Below are positions 11,859-21,948 of a DNA stretch of 64,000 nt, piece after piece. A program made the position numbers and the translations under genes. The notes beneath the pieces are model-generated. The model saw only the letters and a list, made by a program, of their open reading frames with translations, ran no database searches and had not been told where the DNA came from. The first letter of the stretch is position 1, and the number at the start of each line of letters is the position of its first letter. The DNA comes from Cyanophora paradoxa CCMP329 (lineage: Eukaryota; Plantae; Glaucophyta), in NCBI GenBank assembly GCA_004431415.1, contig QPMI01000588.1, positions 124,001 through 188,000 on the forward strand, read 5' to 3'.

Positions 11859-13289
11859 ATATTACTTCGACCCTCCAACGTCTTTCTCTGAAAGAAGCTC
11901 TAACAACCCCGGAAGAAGCCAAGGCGTTCTTCTTGGACAACTCTCTCATGCTTGGTCTTGAATCCAAGTCGAAGCCAGTTCTTGTTGTTGTGAACCCAAG
12001 CAACACTTTCGAGAATAATGCTGGAAATCGCATTTCTTTCAAGCTCCCTCGCTACAATTTCTGTGGAAAACTCGAACTTGCGTTTGACCTTCCAGCTGTC
12101 ACTTTTGCTGGTGATACCGACCTTGTTCGCAATGGATACGTTCGCCCAGTTGGTGCTCTTGTCTCTCGACTCGAAATCACCTATGGATCTTACACATTCC
12201 ATGTGCCTTCTGATTTCCTTGCTCATTTCCCTCTTATCTATTACAGTGAGGATCAACTCGCCAAGAAGAAGCGTTCAATGGGAATGGTTCATGGTATCCC
12301 TGCCCATGGAACCAACCGACTTGGTGGGTCATTTTTCACTGAAATCCCAGTCCCATGGCTAAACCACTACCTACCTCTTGGTGCTCTCTCAGGAGAAATG
12401 GTGGTAACTGTCTGGTTCAAGGATGCTGGAAAGGGTTATGTTGAGACTTCTTATGGTGGTCGTGCTCTTCCTGTTGTTGGTGGAACAGCTGCTGATAAGA
12501 CAGAGGATGATGGACTTGGTGCTACTGCTAATGCTACTCTTGCCCATGTTGGTCAACAAATCACCACTTTTGGAATTGGTGCAACAACAACCCCGAAATT
12601 AAAGTCACTTCTCCTCGTCTTTACATGCATGCTATTAATGTTTCTGATGAACTGTTTGCTACTGTCATTGAGAAGGTGAAGACCACTGGTATGGCTATTC
12701 CTGCTCTGGATATTGGTTTTGTTGACAGTGTCAATTTTGCTGCAAAAGGCAATGCTCAACCAAATCGTATTAACCTGTCACAGATCTCTGGTCTTGTCTA
12801 TGGTCTTCTTGTTTCAGTTCGTGATGCCGCAGGTATTGATGGTTTCAATGGTTCCCACAGTGTCCTAAAAACGCATGCTAACTCAAAAGACATTACTTTC
12901 ACTGTTGAAATTAATGGTCAACGTCTCTATGCTACTGAGCCCATCCCTCTCCTCAAAGGTGCCGAATTAATTGCGGATGCCTTCAAGTGCTCAAATATGG
13001 ACAAGGTTGCAGACGAATATGTCCTCAGTGGTCTACCATTCTGTGTTGATGGAGAGAAAGCGATTCGCAACATTGCCCAGTCTGGCTATGTTGATCTCAC
13101 GAACTCCTCCTCCTCTTTCCTCACTCTATACATGCCTTCTGACCAGACAATCACTGTTAATGTTCGTGCTCTCATGCACAGTTTCATTATTGTTGACAAA
13201 GATGGGCTCCGACGAATTAATCTGTAAAACCATGATCAGTAACGTTTCGTTATTTTTATCTATCTTTAATAAGAAAGATCTACAAAGCC

Positions 13290-14072
13290 ATGAACGACTT
13301 AGAGGAGTTTAATGCAGGTGAAATGATTAACCCACCATTTCGTGCACTTTTCATAGGCAAGTCTGCAGCAGGCAAGTCAGAATGTGTGAAATATTGGTTA
13401 AAGCAGCTGCATGATGCGAAAAAGATTGATACTGTTCTTGTTGTGAGTGGGACGTCCTTCAATCATTTCTGGGATGCAGTTGCAACATTGCAACTCGGGA
13501 AATGGGATGCTGCTTACATTTCCAAATTACTGGATGAAAGGCAGGAGAAAATCGAAAAAGGGGAACCTGTCAATCACCTGTGTGTGGTCTTAGATGATCT
13601 AATAGACAACGAAATCATTGATTTGACCCGAGACAAAATCGTGGGATCTCTTTATTCCAGAGGTCGCCATTCGAAAATCTCGATTATCTGCATCACACAG
13701 AAGCTGAGGAAGGTTTCTTCAACAATTCGAGTAAATTCGGATTATGCTGTGTTCCTGAGTGCTGCAAATCGCAAAGAACTCGAAGCAATTGAAGAGGAAT
13801 ACAATATCATGCGAAACAAAGACGATTTCTATAAGATGTTTGAGGAGTATGTGCACTCTTACCAATATATTGTGTGGTCTTCTGCGAATTACTCGGTGAA
13901 CTATTATGTTGATAAAGCGGATCTGGTCAAAGATTTCCCATTTCCTCGGTTCCACAGGAAGCCCAAAAAGAAAGAGGACGAACTACCACCTCCACAGAAA
14001 GAGGAAGCCCCCAAAGAGGTCAAGAGTGGTGTTCATTCGAATAAACTGATGCGATATAAGAGAGGTTTGTAA
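13290..14072 (+). CDS. A32-like FtsK-family genome packaging ATPase
   Basis: Walker A GKSAAGKS, Walker B CVVLDD, signature RGRH..ISII.ITQ..IR.N. Confidence 0.93.
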   Translation: MNDLEEFNAGEMINPPFRALFIGKSAAGKSECVKYWLKQLHDAKKIDTVLVVSGTSFNHFWDAVATLQLGKWDAAYISKLLDERQEKIEKGEPVNHLCVVLDDLIDNEIIDLTRDKIVGSLYSRGRHSKISIICITQKLRKVSSTIRVNSDYAVFLSAANRKELEAIEEEYNIMRNKDDFYKMFEEYVHSYQYIVWSSANYSVNYYVDKADLVKDFPFPRFHRKPKKKEDELPPPQKEEAPKEVKSGVHSNKLMRYKRGL

Positions 14073-14100
14073 AATAATCTCTGCTTCTTATAAATATACA

Positions 14101-14835
14101 ATGCCTTCCAAACGCAAAGTTGGTGTTCCTGCTGGTGCTATGTCATATTCTGCATCCTCTGGAACCGGTTCTATGAACACAGAGCCCCTGAAATTCAATG
14201 GTGTCAATGAAGTGAAAGCATCACAGCAACAGGAAGATCCCCTCAATGCTGCTTACGAAGAATCACCAGATGATAAAGCGCCCCAAGCATCCACAAGTGA
14301 CCAGTTGAATATTTCGCCCGAAACCTCTAAGATGAAGGCAGTTGGTGAAGGTGCTCGTCGAATTATTGGTGCTGCTGATGACAAAGGACTGGGTCTGCAA
14401 GATCTCTCACTTGCTCGCAAAGGTGAAGGTGTCTCCAAGGAATCAGACAAGGTAATTCAATCCATGGCTGGTGAGGTGACCTACAAGACAGCACCAACTC
14501 AAAACATCCACCGAATTCCCAAAGCCCAATGGGACGAAATGACTGCGAAACTTAAAGATCTGGAAGCGAAATCGAGTGCACTTGAACAGTATGTCTCTGA
14601 GAAGAAAGAGAGAGCGAAATTAAAGGAGATGCTGCGAAAGGAGGTGTATAGAATGGGAATCACTGGTCTCCCAGATAAGCAGTTCATTGGTAAGAAAGAG
14701 ACTCAAATTGATGAGCAGGCAGTTGATGAGATGAAGAACAAAACCCAGAAGGGCACCATTGAACCTGGTGCTACCAAATCAGAGGTCGATAAAGGTGTTG
14801 CCCCAACAGTATATAAACGACGAGTTTGGCTATAA
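14101..14835 (+). CDS. Hypothetical viral protein (charged, coiled-coil)
   Basis: 244-aa ORF in tandem gene array with viral codon usage and an AT-rich leader. Confidence 0.7.
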   Translation: MPSKRKVGVPAGAMSYSASSGTGSMNTEPLKFNGVNEVKASQQQEDPLNAAYEESPDDKAPQASTSDQLNISPETSKMKAVGEGARRIIGAADDKGLGLQDLSLARKGEGVSKESDKVIQSMAGEVTYKTAPTQNIHRIPKAQWDEMTAKLKDLEAKSSALEQYVSEKKERAKLKEMLRKEVYRMGITGLPDKQFIGKKETQIDEQAVDEMKNKTQKGTIEPGATKSEVDKGVAPTVYKRRVWL

Positions 14836-14862
14836 TTATCTCGCTTTAAGAGAGAGAGCATC

Positions 14863-15096
14863 ATGGATTTCTTGCGAAAAATCATTGAAATGTTTAATCT
14901 CCACATTGTGAGCAATTGTCACAGTGGTTGCTGTGATACAAAAGTCGAAATCGAATTCTCTGACACTGAAAGTCATGGATCTGGCGGTAGGCGATTATCC
15001 ACAGACTCGGTTGATTTCGAGGAGCATATTAAAACAGAGACTGTGAGGCGACGCTCTGTATCTTTCACAGATCCAAAATTAAATCTCGGCAATTAA
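14863..15096 (+). CDS. Small hypothetical viral protein (CHSGCC motif)
   Basis: 77-aa ORF closely following the previous gene. Confidence 0.5.
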   Translation: MDFLRKIIEMFNLHIVSNCHSGCCDTKVEIEFSDTESHGSGGRRLSTDSVDFEEHIKTETVRRRSVSFTDPKLNLGN

Positions 15097-15297
15097 TATC
15101 GAATGCTCAGTCTCTCTGAGATCTATGCTATCCTGGGCAGGAAATCCGCTGAATATGCAACAGAAGCCGCAATAAAAAAGCGTAGACAGGAACTGGTCTC
15201 GATCTGCAAAAAATGACAAGGGATTTAAGGGTAAGGTGTGTTTGATTGGTGAACCCGGACAAATTATTTTCTCGTCCCAATATAAGGAACATATCAA

Positions 15298-15525
15298 ATG
15301 GAAACTGAATCTGTGGTCGAATTCGAACTTGCAATGAGCGAAATGGATCCCAATGAAAAGAAAAGGTTGTATGACCGCTTGTATTTCCAGAAACGCTATC
15401 AAGATGAGGAGTTTCGAGAATTATATCGTAAAAAGGCACTGGAACGATATTATCGCAGGAAAGCTGCTGAGATGGATCCCAATAATCCAGTGAAACGCCC
15501 AGTAGGTCGTCCCAGAAAATACTGA
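15298..15525 (+). CDS. Small basic DNA-binding protein with C-terminal AT-hook
   Basis: KRPVGRPRKY AT-hook preceded by a Y/R/K-rich helix. Confidence 0.65.
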   Translation: METESVVEFELAMSEMDPNEKKRLYDRLYFQKRYQDEEFRELYRKKALERYYRRKAAEMDPNNPVKRPVGRPRKY

Positions 15526-15719
15526 ACCGCCCCCAAAGTCCCAAATATCCGCTGAATCCTTTTTGTTACCATGATCAATCGACTTTTCGATGGATCATTA
15601 CCATGTATCGAGCGCCAATCGGAGAACCCAAAGGTATTTAAAGGTTAGGCGCCAAAAAATGACAAGGATCCGGAGAAATTAATTTCTCCATTAAGTATAA
15701 GAAGCCCCCGATTTTCGAA

Positions 15720-18083
15720 ATGAACGCTGCCGCCAAGAAATCCCTGAAACGCCTTGTTGATTGGCTTCGTGAAGACGATGTCCTGTCTGAGAATATCGTA
15801 ATTCCTGTTGATCCTGATACCAAAAGACCGCTTTTCGCTCATAAAGACGGAACCTGGGATTGGGATAAATTCGATGAAGCCCTGAAATCCGGTAAGTATA
15901 CTGCTTGGGGCATTCTCGCTCGTAATATCCTGGTAATTGACTTCGACCAAGAGGAGGATTTCGCCAAATTCGAGGAGCAATTCCCTGATGATTTCGGTGG
16001 TGTTAATCCTCTTGCTAAAACCAAAAAAGGATATCATGCATTCTTTGCCCGACCTGTTGAGTTTGATTGTTGCAAGATTTGGGATAAAGCCGGTGCATTC
16101 AAAGGAAACCCTAAGATCGACTGCAAAACGATTGCATCCACTGGGACTGCTGGGGTAATTAATGTTTGCCCCAGTCCCAACAAAACATGGATCAGAGAGC
16201 CATGGGCATCTGAGTGTGAGTTGAATGAACCCAGTGCTGAGTTGCAAAAGTGGATTGTTGAAAACTACGAATTCCCCAAATATGCACATTCTTATTTTGA
16301 GAGGTGTGCTGAGGAGACTTTGCAGAAACATATTCTCTCTAAACTCGAAGAATTCGGTTTCATCTTGCCCACAATCATCAATGAGACCAAGATGGGATAC
16401 AATTTCACTGCTGAGAACAAAGGTCTGGTCTGTCCCTGCTGCAAGGGAAGCCATGACTCGAACAATTGGTATATTGTTCAAGGGAAGGAGAAGGACAAAT
16501 ATATTGTTTCGAGTTACAGTGCAAACTGCAAGAAGCGAAGCATCACTGTTCGTGTGAAGGAAGAGACAGATGTGAATATCGAAAATCTAATTGATCGGGC
16601 TGCTGGATCTGATGGAGCCCATCATGATGTTGCACAGGTTGCCTATCTTGTTCTGCAAGACAGATACAAGTATTCCAACAAGACCTGGTTCAAGTTCAAT
16701 GAGACATGTGGAGTCTGGGATATGGATAACACAGGTAAACGAATCTTTCTATGTCTGAGTGCAAGAGTTTGTCCTGTATTTCTGAAACGTGCAATTGAAT
16801 TCTCACAGAAAGCACTTCGTGATGAGGAAAATCGTAATTCGTTCGAAGATAAGGCAAAGATCTTGCTTGGAATTGCTAAGAGTCTCAAACAGTCTTCCTA
16901 CATCAAATCGCTTCTTAGTTTCCTCGAACCCTTGTTTGATGACAGGACCTTTTTCGAGAGACTTGATACTGTTCCCAACATCATTGGATTTACAAATGGT
17001 GTATTTGACTTGAACTCCATGACTTTTCGAAAGGGACTCCCAGATGATATGGTGAGCAAGACCGTTGGCTACGATTATACCACAGAAATCGACCAAGAGA
17101 AGGTTGCAAAGATTAAATCCATCTATGCAGACATTATTGAATCGGATACAGACCGCGAATTCATGCTGGGATTAATCGCCTATGCCCTGAGTGGTTTGAC
17201 AGAAAATCAGAGATACACTTGCTGGACTGGAATTGGAGCAAATGGGAAATCACTGCTCCAAGAGTTGGTGAAAGACACATTTGGTGAGTATTATGGGTCA
17301 CTGGACATGACATATTGGACTAAACCCAAGAAGAGTTCGTCAGAGGCTTCCCCAGAACTCGCCTGCATTCTTGGTAAACGAATTGTTTTCAGTAATGAAG
17401 CAGAAGATGGTGATATGCTTCAACTGAACAAAATCAAACAGGTTACTGGTGGGAATGAGATGAAGGTTCGAGCTCTTTTCAAAGATCTTGTTACATTCAT
17501 TCCCATGTTCCAGTTGTTCTTGTCCACAAATGACAACCTGGGAATCAGTAAACCAGATGCAGGCATTCAGAGGCGAATTATCTACTATCGATTCGAAAAT
17601 GTCTTTAAAGTGGATCCTCAGCCTGGTGAGAAGAAGGCAGACATCACTCTAATGCGTCTCATGAAGAATGATGACGATTATAAAATGGCGCATATGTCCA
17701 TTCTCCTGGAAATGTGGAGAACCCATTCTCTCAATGAATTCGTCACCAAACCTCCCCAGTCCATTGTTGATCAAGGAATGGAGTATTTCAATGAGAATGA
17801 CAAGATTGGAGAGTGGATTCGAGAGAATTATGAACTCACCAAGAGTCAGGGCGATTTCACTACAAGTGAGTCCATCATGAGTGACTTCAAGAGAGACCAC
17901 ATGGGCAAATCTGATGAGAAAATCACAGAATGCACTATCTTGAAGAGACTTCGCGAAGTCTTTAATGTGAAGGCTGAGAGAAAGCGAGTGAATGGTATTC
18001 TTTGCCGTGGTTACTTTGGGATCAAAAAGAAGCATAGTCGCAAGTTGGTGGATGACAGTGATGTTGAAGGTGGGGATGAGTAA
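15720..18083 (+). CDS. PrimPol (bifunctional primase-polymerase)-Zn-D5/SF3 helicase
   Basis: N-terminal GIL...LVIDFD...TKKGYHAFF...CPS (Prim-Pol), CPCC..H..C Zn motif, D5_N IGFTNGVFDL, Walker A GIGANGKS, KRIVFSNE, IKQVTGG, DAGIQRR. Confidence 0.92.
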   Translation: MNAAAKKSLKRLVDWLREDDVLSENIVIPVDPDTKRPLFAHKDGTWDWDKFDEALKSGKYTAWGILARNILVIDFDQEEDFAKFEEQFPDDFGGVNPLAKTKKGYHAFFARPVEFDCCKIWDKAGAFKGNPKIDCKTIASTGTAGVINVCPSPNKTWIREPWASECELNEPSAELQKWIVENYEFPKYAHSYFERCAEETLQKHILSKLEEFGFILPTIINETKMGYNFTAENKGLVCPCCKGSHDSNNWYIVQGKEKDKYIVSSYSANCKKRSITVRVKEETDVNIENLIDRAAGSDGAHHDVAQVAYLVLQDRYKYSNKTWFKFNETCGVWDMDNTGKRIFLCLSARVCPVFLKRAIEFSQKALRDEENRNSFEDKAKILLGIAKSLKQSSYIKSLLSFLEPLFDDRTFFERLDTVPNIIGFTNGVFDLNSMTFRKGLPDDMVSKTVGYDYTTEIDQEKVAKIKSIYADIIESDTDREFMLGLIAYALSGLTENQRYTCWTGIGANGKSLLQELVKDTFGEYYGSLDMTYWTKPKKSSSEASPELACILGKRIVFSNEAEDGDMLQLNKIKQVTGGNEMKVRALFKDLVTFIPMFQLFLSTNDNLGISKPDAGIQRRIIYYRFENVFKVDPQPGEKKADITLMRLMKNDDDYKMAHMSILLEMWRTHSLNEFVTKPPQSIVDQGMEYFNENDKIGEWIRENYELTKSQGDFTTSESIMSDFKRDHMGKSDEKITECTILKRLREVFNVKAERKRVNGILCRGYFGIKKKHSRKLVDDSDVEGGDE

Positions 18084-18151
18084 ACAAAACTGAATCGATT
18101 CTAATACTGATTGAATTTCTTATTTTTTAAAACCCTTACTGTAAATGGTTT

Positions 18152-18286
18152 GTGTGACAGCTGTGACACCTTTTTAATTGGGTGTGACGCCTGTGACGGC
18201 TGTGACGCCTACTTTCAAACTTTTTAAAATTTCAAAAATCTACAAACCTCTGAAAACAGGTGTCACAGGCGTCACAGGCGTCACAC
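18152..18286. promoter_or_regulatory. Internal copy of the iteron cassette directly downstream of the primase-helicase
   Basis: GTGACGCCTGTGACGGCTGTGACGCCT-ACTTTCAAAC...-GTCACAGGCGTCACAGGCGTCAC, same orientation as the right-TIR copies. Confidence 0.65.
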
Positions 18287-18437
18287 CCAATTAACCACAG
18301 ACTCCCCCCTGTGGGTCGATGACTGTTTCGATTCTTAATCGGACAATATAAAAACGTATCGGAAATCGGTGTGTTTTGACAAAAATTGACTGGCGATTTA
18401 AAGGATCATTGCGTTTTCCCTTTGACTTTGACAGAAC

Positions 18438-18629
18438 ATGGATTATTTCGATGAAATTCGGCAGCAGCTGGTTGAAAATAATGATATTGCAGAGGTGGCG
18501 GAATATATTGCAAAGATCAGATCAATCAATGGTAGAACCTATCACAAGAAGCGTGTTTATGCAAGCAGACTCGACACAGTAAATGTATATGTCCCCAAAG
18601 GCACGAATGTGCGAATCATTAGAACCTGA
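18438..18629 (+). CDS. Small hypothetical viral protein
   Basis: 63-aa ATG ORF between the cassette and the next gene. Confidence 0.45.
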   Translation: MDYFDEIRQQLVENNDIAEVAEYIAKIRSINGRTYHKKRVYASRLDTVNVYVPKGTNVRIIRT

Positions 18630-18686
18630 AAAAATGCGAAATGCGTTTAAAACGCCCAAAAATAATATGTTCCCTTAAAGTAAAAG

Positions 18687-21600
18687 ATGCCCCGCCAATC
18701 CAATAGAATCATCAAAGAAAAGAAAAACGAAATACTTGGTCTCTTAGGAACCCTTTTAGTTACTGGTGATATTACAGAATTCGAATGTGATCGCCAGGCA
18801 GCAATCTTGGATAGGAGACCAAGATTATCTCAACTCACAGAAATTACAAATCGCCTCTATGATCGCTTTGAGAGAATGGAGGAGTTTAGGGATGAGGGTT
18901 TAAGGCTGGGAACAATTGAACCCGAGATTGAAGATGGGGAAGCAATGAACAAAGCATATTCTTGGTTGACCTATCGAGCCAGAGGGGAGGTTATCCAAGA
19001 TGGGATTGAATTCTTGGAGAGAATTGCACCCACTCTACCTCAGAGACTCAGACAGAAACTCCAAGACCTGAGAGCAATTAAAACTCGTCTCACATTCATC
19101 TGCAAGTTCACCAAAGTAAGCGATCCAAGGGTGTGGATCACCAAGTTCATTTACAGTGATTACCTTGTCATCACAAGATCTCGAAACATTGATGTTGAAC
19201 TGCGAAATGCACTTCAAGCAATGCAGGAACAGATGATGCAGGTGGACAGTTACAGACTGGATCGCATTGAGATGCTGAGAGTGGTAATAATGTCTTATGC
19301 TCCTGTGGGTGGTTGCTTCTTCTCAACACCTGAGTGGATTGGATCAAAGAGAGCAACTGTGAATGTGAAGAATATTGATGGGCAAGATTGCTTCAAGTAT
19401 GCAATCTTGGCTTACCTGCACCGAAATGATATTAATAAACACAAGAGCAATGAACCCAGCCAGTATAGAAGATGGTTAAACGAACTCAATTTCGAAGGCA
19501 TCCAGTTTCCAGTTGCCTGTGATGCAGAGGTTATTGATCGATTTGAGGAGCAGAACCCTGAACTGAGTATCAACATTTATGGTGCAGATAATCAAGCACA
19601 GTGTTTCTATCCTCTCCATCAATCCAGCAACCCCAGGAGAAAGACCAAGATTAACCTTTTATTAATCGAAAACGAAGAGGATGATAGAGGGCATTATATC
19701 ACCATCATGTCTCTGAGTAGACTTCTGAAAACCACCTTTGATAAAGCCCATGATGGTCGCATCTATTACTGTGAGACCTGTCTGTCTCGTTTCAGAACTC
19801 AGGAGAAGCTGGATGTTCATATAGAAGCGAATCGCTGCATTGATTGGAGGGAGAGCAAAGGTAAATGCCCAAAATCTGGAAGTCACATTGCATTTGGGCT
19901 TCAACATCTTCGCAAAACTGTGTGGCTTCCCACTATCTGCTATGTAAAAATGGATAGTCATTCGGTTCCAATTGATGAGAACCGCAGTAAGAGAGAGGTA
20001 AAATCGGTTTTTCTAACAGTTGTGATGGGAGATGAGGTGATCTATACATGGAGCGAAATAGATGAGAAACCGAAATTTGCATCAGCAGGTGATGATTTCG
20101 ACACCTTACATGGTGTTACTCTCTACCAAAGTAACACCATACCAGAGAGATTACGATTAGATGAATATTATGTGAATCGTAAAGGGATTGATGCAGGCAC
20201 CACAATGGAAGGTGAATTATACATCAGACCCCCTACAAGAATGCAGATAATTGCAGCAGGTGGGAATTTCGGTTTGATGGACACCAAACCAGGTATCTAT
20301 CTTACCAGCTACTATGCAGATGACATCCCAATGACAGGAGGATTGCTCTCTCTACCATCTGATCCAGCAAACTATGATGATAAAGATGCAGCAATCCAAA
20401 TTAATGTTACTGATGTTAGTGACTTAGATAGTTCAAGACCCAAATTAATATTCAGCAGAGAGAGATTGTTACCCAATGCTCTCATTGGAAACCGAGATGA
20501 CTACAAGAGATGCGAAATGTCATGGATAAAAACGAATTATAATGGTGGAGTTGGTGAGGGAGTTTTAGAAATCAATCAGAGGGCAGCAGCAAAGAATATT
20601 CACAATGAGACCATATCAAGAGTGGTAACAGAGGATTACCTTCAAGCCCAAAACTACATAGATGAAACAGAACTGAATACAATTATTGCAGGTATTAATA
20701 TTGGTGTGACAGGGGATTACCTTCCTCTCACAGGAGGGATTATTGATGGAACAGTGACAGCATGCAACTTCTTTGTCCATACTGAAAGCAATCAAACCTT
20801 CCCTGTTGTCCATCCAGGAAGTGAATATGAGATACCTGATGATCCAGCTATTATGCCCATAAAGATTGATCTCCCTTCTGATTATGTAGGAAGGGGTGAA
20901 CTCAAAATCATATCTTTCACAGGAGACTATAATGATCTCATTAATAAACCCACACCATCCAATTTACACCCTGTTGCATATTCGGGTAGTTTCCTTGATC
21001 TTAATAATCGAGCACACACCCACACAAAGGCAGAGATCACAGATTTCGCACACACTCACACTAAGTCCCAAATAACAGATTTTGCACACACCCACACCAG
21101 GGCAGACATTACGAATTTCGCTCACACTCATTTTAAATCGGAAATCACAGATTTCGCACACACCCACACAAAGTCACAGATTACAGATTTTGCACACACT
21201 CATGTAAAGAGTGAGATTACAGATTTTGCTCACAATCACACAAAGGCAGAGATTACAGATTTTGCACACACTCACACCAAGAGTGAGATAACAGACTTTG
21301 CTCATACTCATACTAAATCTCAAATAACAGATTTTGCTCACACACACCTTTGGGGAGATATTACAGATCGACCTACTCTGGATCCATTCACAGCAACCAC
21401 TATCAGAGCAAACAGCACAATGTATGTAGGATCAGGTCAGATTGTAGAGCCAGCAGGACCTATGTTTGAGGAAACATGGTTTTTCCACAATTCGCAGAAC
21501 TATTATGATCAAACTCTACTTGTCAGAGGAAATGCATATGCAAGGAATTTCTATGCTATGAACCCCACAGATAGCACCACTATTAGTAGATGTATTACAG

Positions 21601-21929
21601 AAGCAGATCTTACCAGTCAACTTAATGCATATTTCAATGGAAAAATTCAAGCAGGAAAGTATGTTTACACTACTCCTGCTATGAATTACAATAACTTATA
21701 TGTGTTCAATCTAACCATCTATTTTACCAGTGCATTTGCTTCTCCTCCTGTTGTAACAGCAACAGTAAGGCATGAAGGACAGGCAAATGCTACAACACCA
21801 GTCATATTTACTGTGAACCTGTTAAATGTTTACAGTAGTTATTTCACTTGTGAACTGTTTACTGATCCATATGCAATGGAAAACACATCCAAAACTGTAA
21901 CAATTCACTACATTGCTGTTGCAATTTAA
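18687..21929 (+). CDS. Chimeric protein: pPolB N-terminus (terminal protein + vOTU-like Cys protease + Zn finger) fused to a phage-type tail fibre with HxH repeats and an H-type-lectin/gp53-like tip
   Basis: PEWIGSKRATVNVKN..DCFKYAILAYLH..FPV..FEEQNP..SINIYG..GHYITI..LSRLL..CETC..H..C matches the Polinton pPolB N-terminal region. No PolB catalytic motifs follow. C-terminal half has GDYNDLINKP, (AHTHTKxxITDF)x10 and IQAG..F..AF..PPVV..IHYIAV. Confidence 0.8.
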   Translation: MPRQSNRIIKEKKNEILGLLGTLLVTGDITEFECDRQAAILDRRPRLSQLTEITNRLYDRFERMEEFRDEGLRLGTIEPEIEDGEAMNKAYSWLTYRARGEVIQDGIEFLERIAPTLPQRLRQKLQDLRAIKTRLTFICKFTKVSDPRVWITKFIYSDYLVITRSRNIDVELRNALQAMQEQMMQVDSYRLDRIEMLRVVIMSYAPVGGCFFSTPEWIGSKRATVNVKNIDGQDCFKYAILAYLHRNDINKHKSNEPSQYRRWLNELNFEGIQFPVACDAEVIDRFEEQNPELSINIYGADNQAQCFYPLHQSSNPRRKTKINLLLIENEEDDRGHYITIMSLSRLLKTTFDKAHDGRIYYCETCLSRFRTQEKLDVHIEANRCIDWRESKGKCPKSGSHIAFGLQHLRKTVWLPTICYVKMDSHSVPIDENRSKREVKSVFLTVVMGDEVIYTWSEIDEKPKFASAGDDFDTLHGVTLYQSNTIPERLRLDEYYVNRKGIDAGTTMEGELYIRPPTRMQIIAAGGNFGLMDTKPGIYLTSYYADDIPMTGGLLSLPSDPANYDDKDAAIQINVTDVSDLDSSRPKLIFSRERLLPNALIGNRDDYKRCEMSWIKTNYNGGVGEGVLEINQRAAAKNIHNETISRVVTEDYLQAQNYIDETELNTIIAGINIGVTGDYLPLTGGIIDGTVTACNFFVHTESNQTFPVVHPGSEYEIPDDPAIMPIKIDLPSDYVGRGELKIISFTGDYNDLINKPTPSNLHPVAYSGSFLDLNNRAHTHTKAEITDFAHTHTKSQITDFAHTHTRADITNFAHTHFKSEITDFAHTHTKSQITDFAHTHVKSEITDFAHNHTKAEITDFAHTHTKSEITDFAHTHTKSQITDFAHTHLWGDITDRPTLDPFTATTIRANSTMYVGSGQIVEPAGPMFEETWFFHNSQNYYDQTLLVRGNAYARNFYAMNPTDSTTISRCITEADLTSQLNAYFNGKIQAGKYVYTTPAMNYNNLYVFNLTIYFTSAFASPPVVTATVRHEGQANATTPVIFTVNLLNVYSSYFTCELFTDPYAMENTSKTVTIHYIAVAI
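21012..21371 (+). repeat. Ten 36-bp coding repeats (AHTHTKS/AEITDF)
   Basis: Synonymously diverged 12-aa repeat with an HxH motif, as in trimeric phage tail fibres. Confidence 0.9.
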
Positions 21930-21948
21930 CTATTTCGTAATTATAAAG

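Larger units (their letters stand above)
6503..13227 (+). pseudogene. Double jelly-roll major capsid protein (about 457 aa reconstructed), split by an LTR element after codon 3 and carrying a -1 frameshift near 12580-12620
   Basis: ATG GAT ATT (6503-6511) joins 11864 to give MDITSTLQRL. Motifs ISFKLPR..LELAFDLP..LVSRLEITYG..EIPVPW..LPLGAL, continuing in the other frame as PRLYMHAINVSDE to 13227. Confidence 0.85.

Noticed and set aside
12570-12640. Programmed -1 frameshift in MCP
   Set aside because: No X XXY YYZ slippery site, and an MCP needs stoichiometric full-length product.
21012-21371. 36-bp periodic repeats as a CRISPR array
   Set aside because: No unique spacers; variation is largely synonymous within an open frame, so this is a protein repeat.
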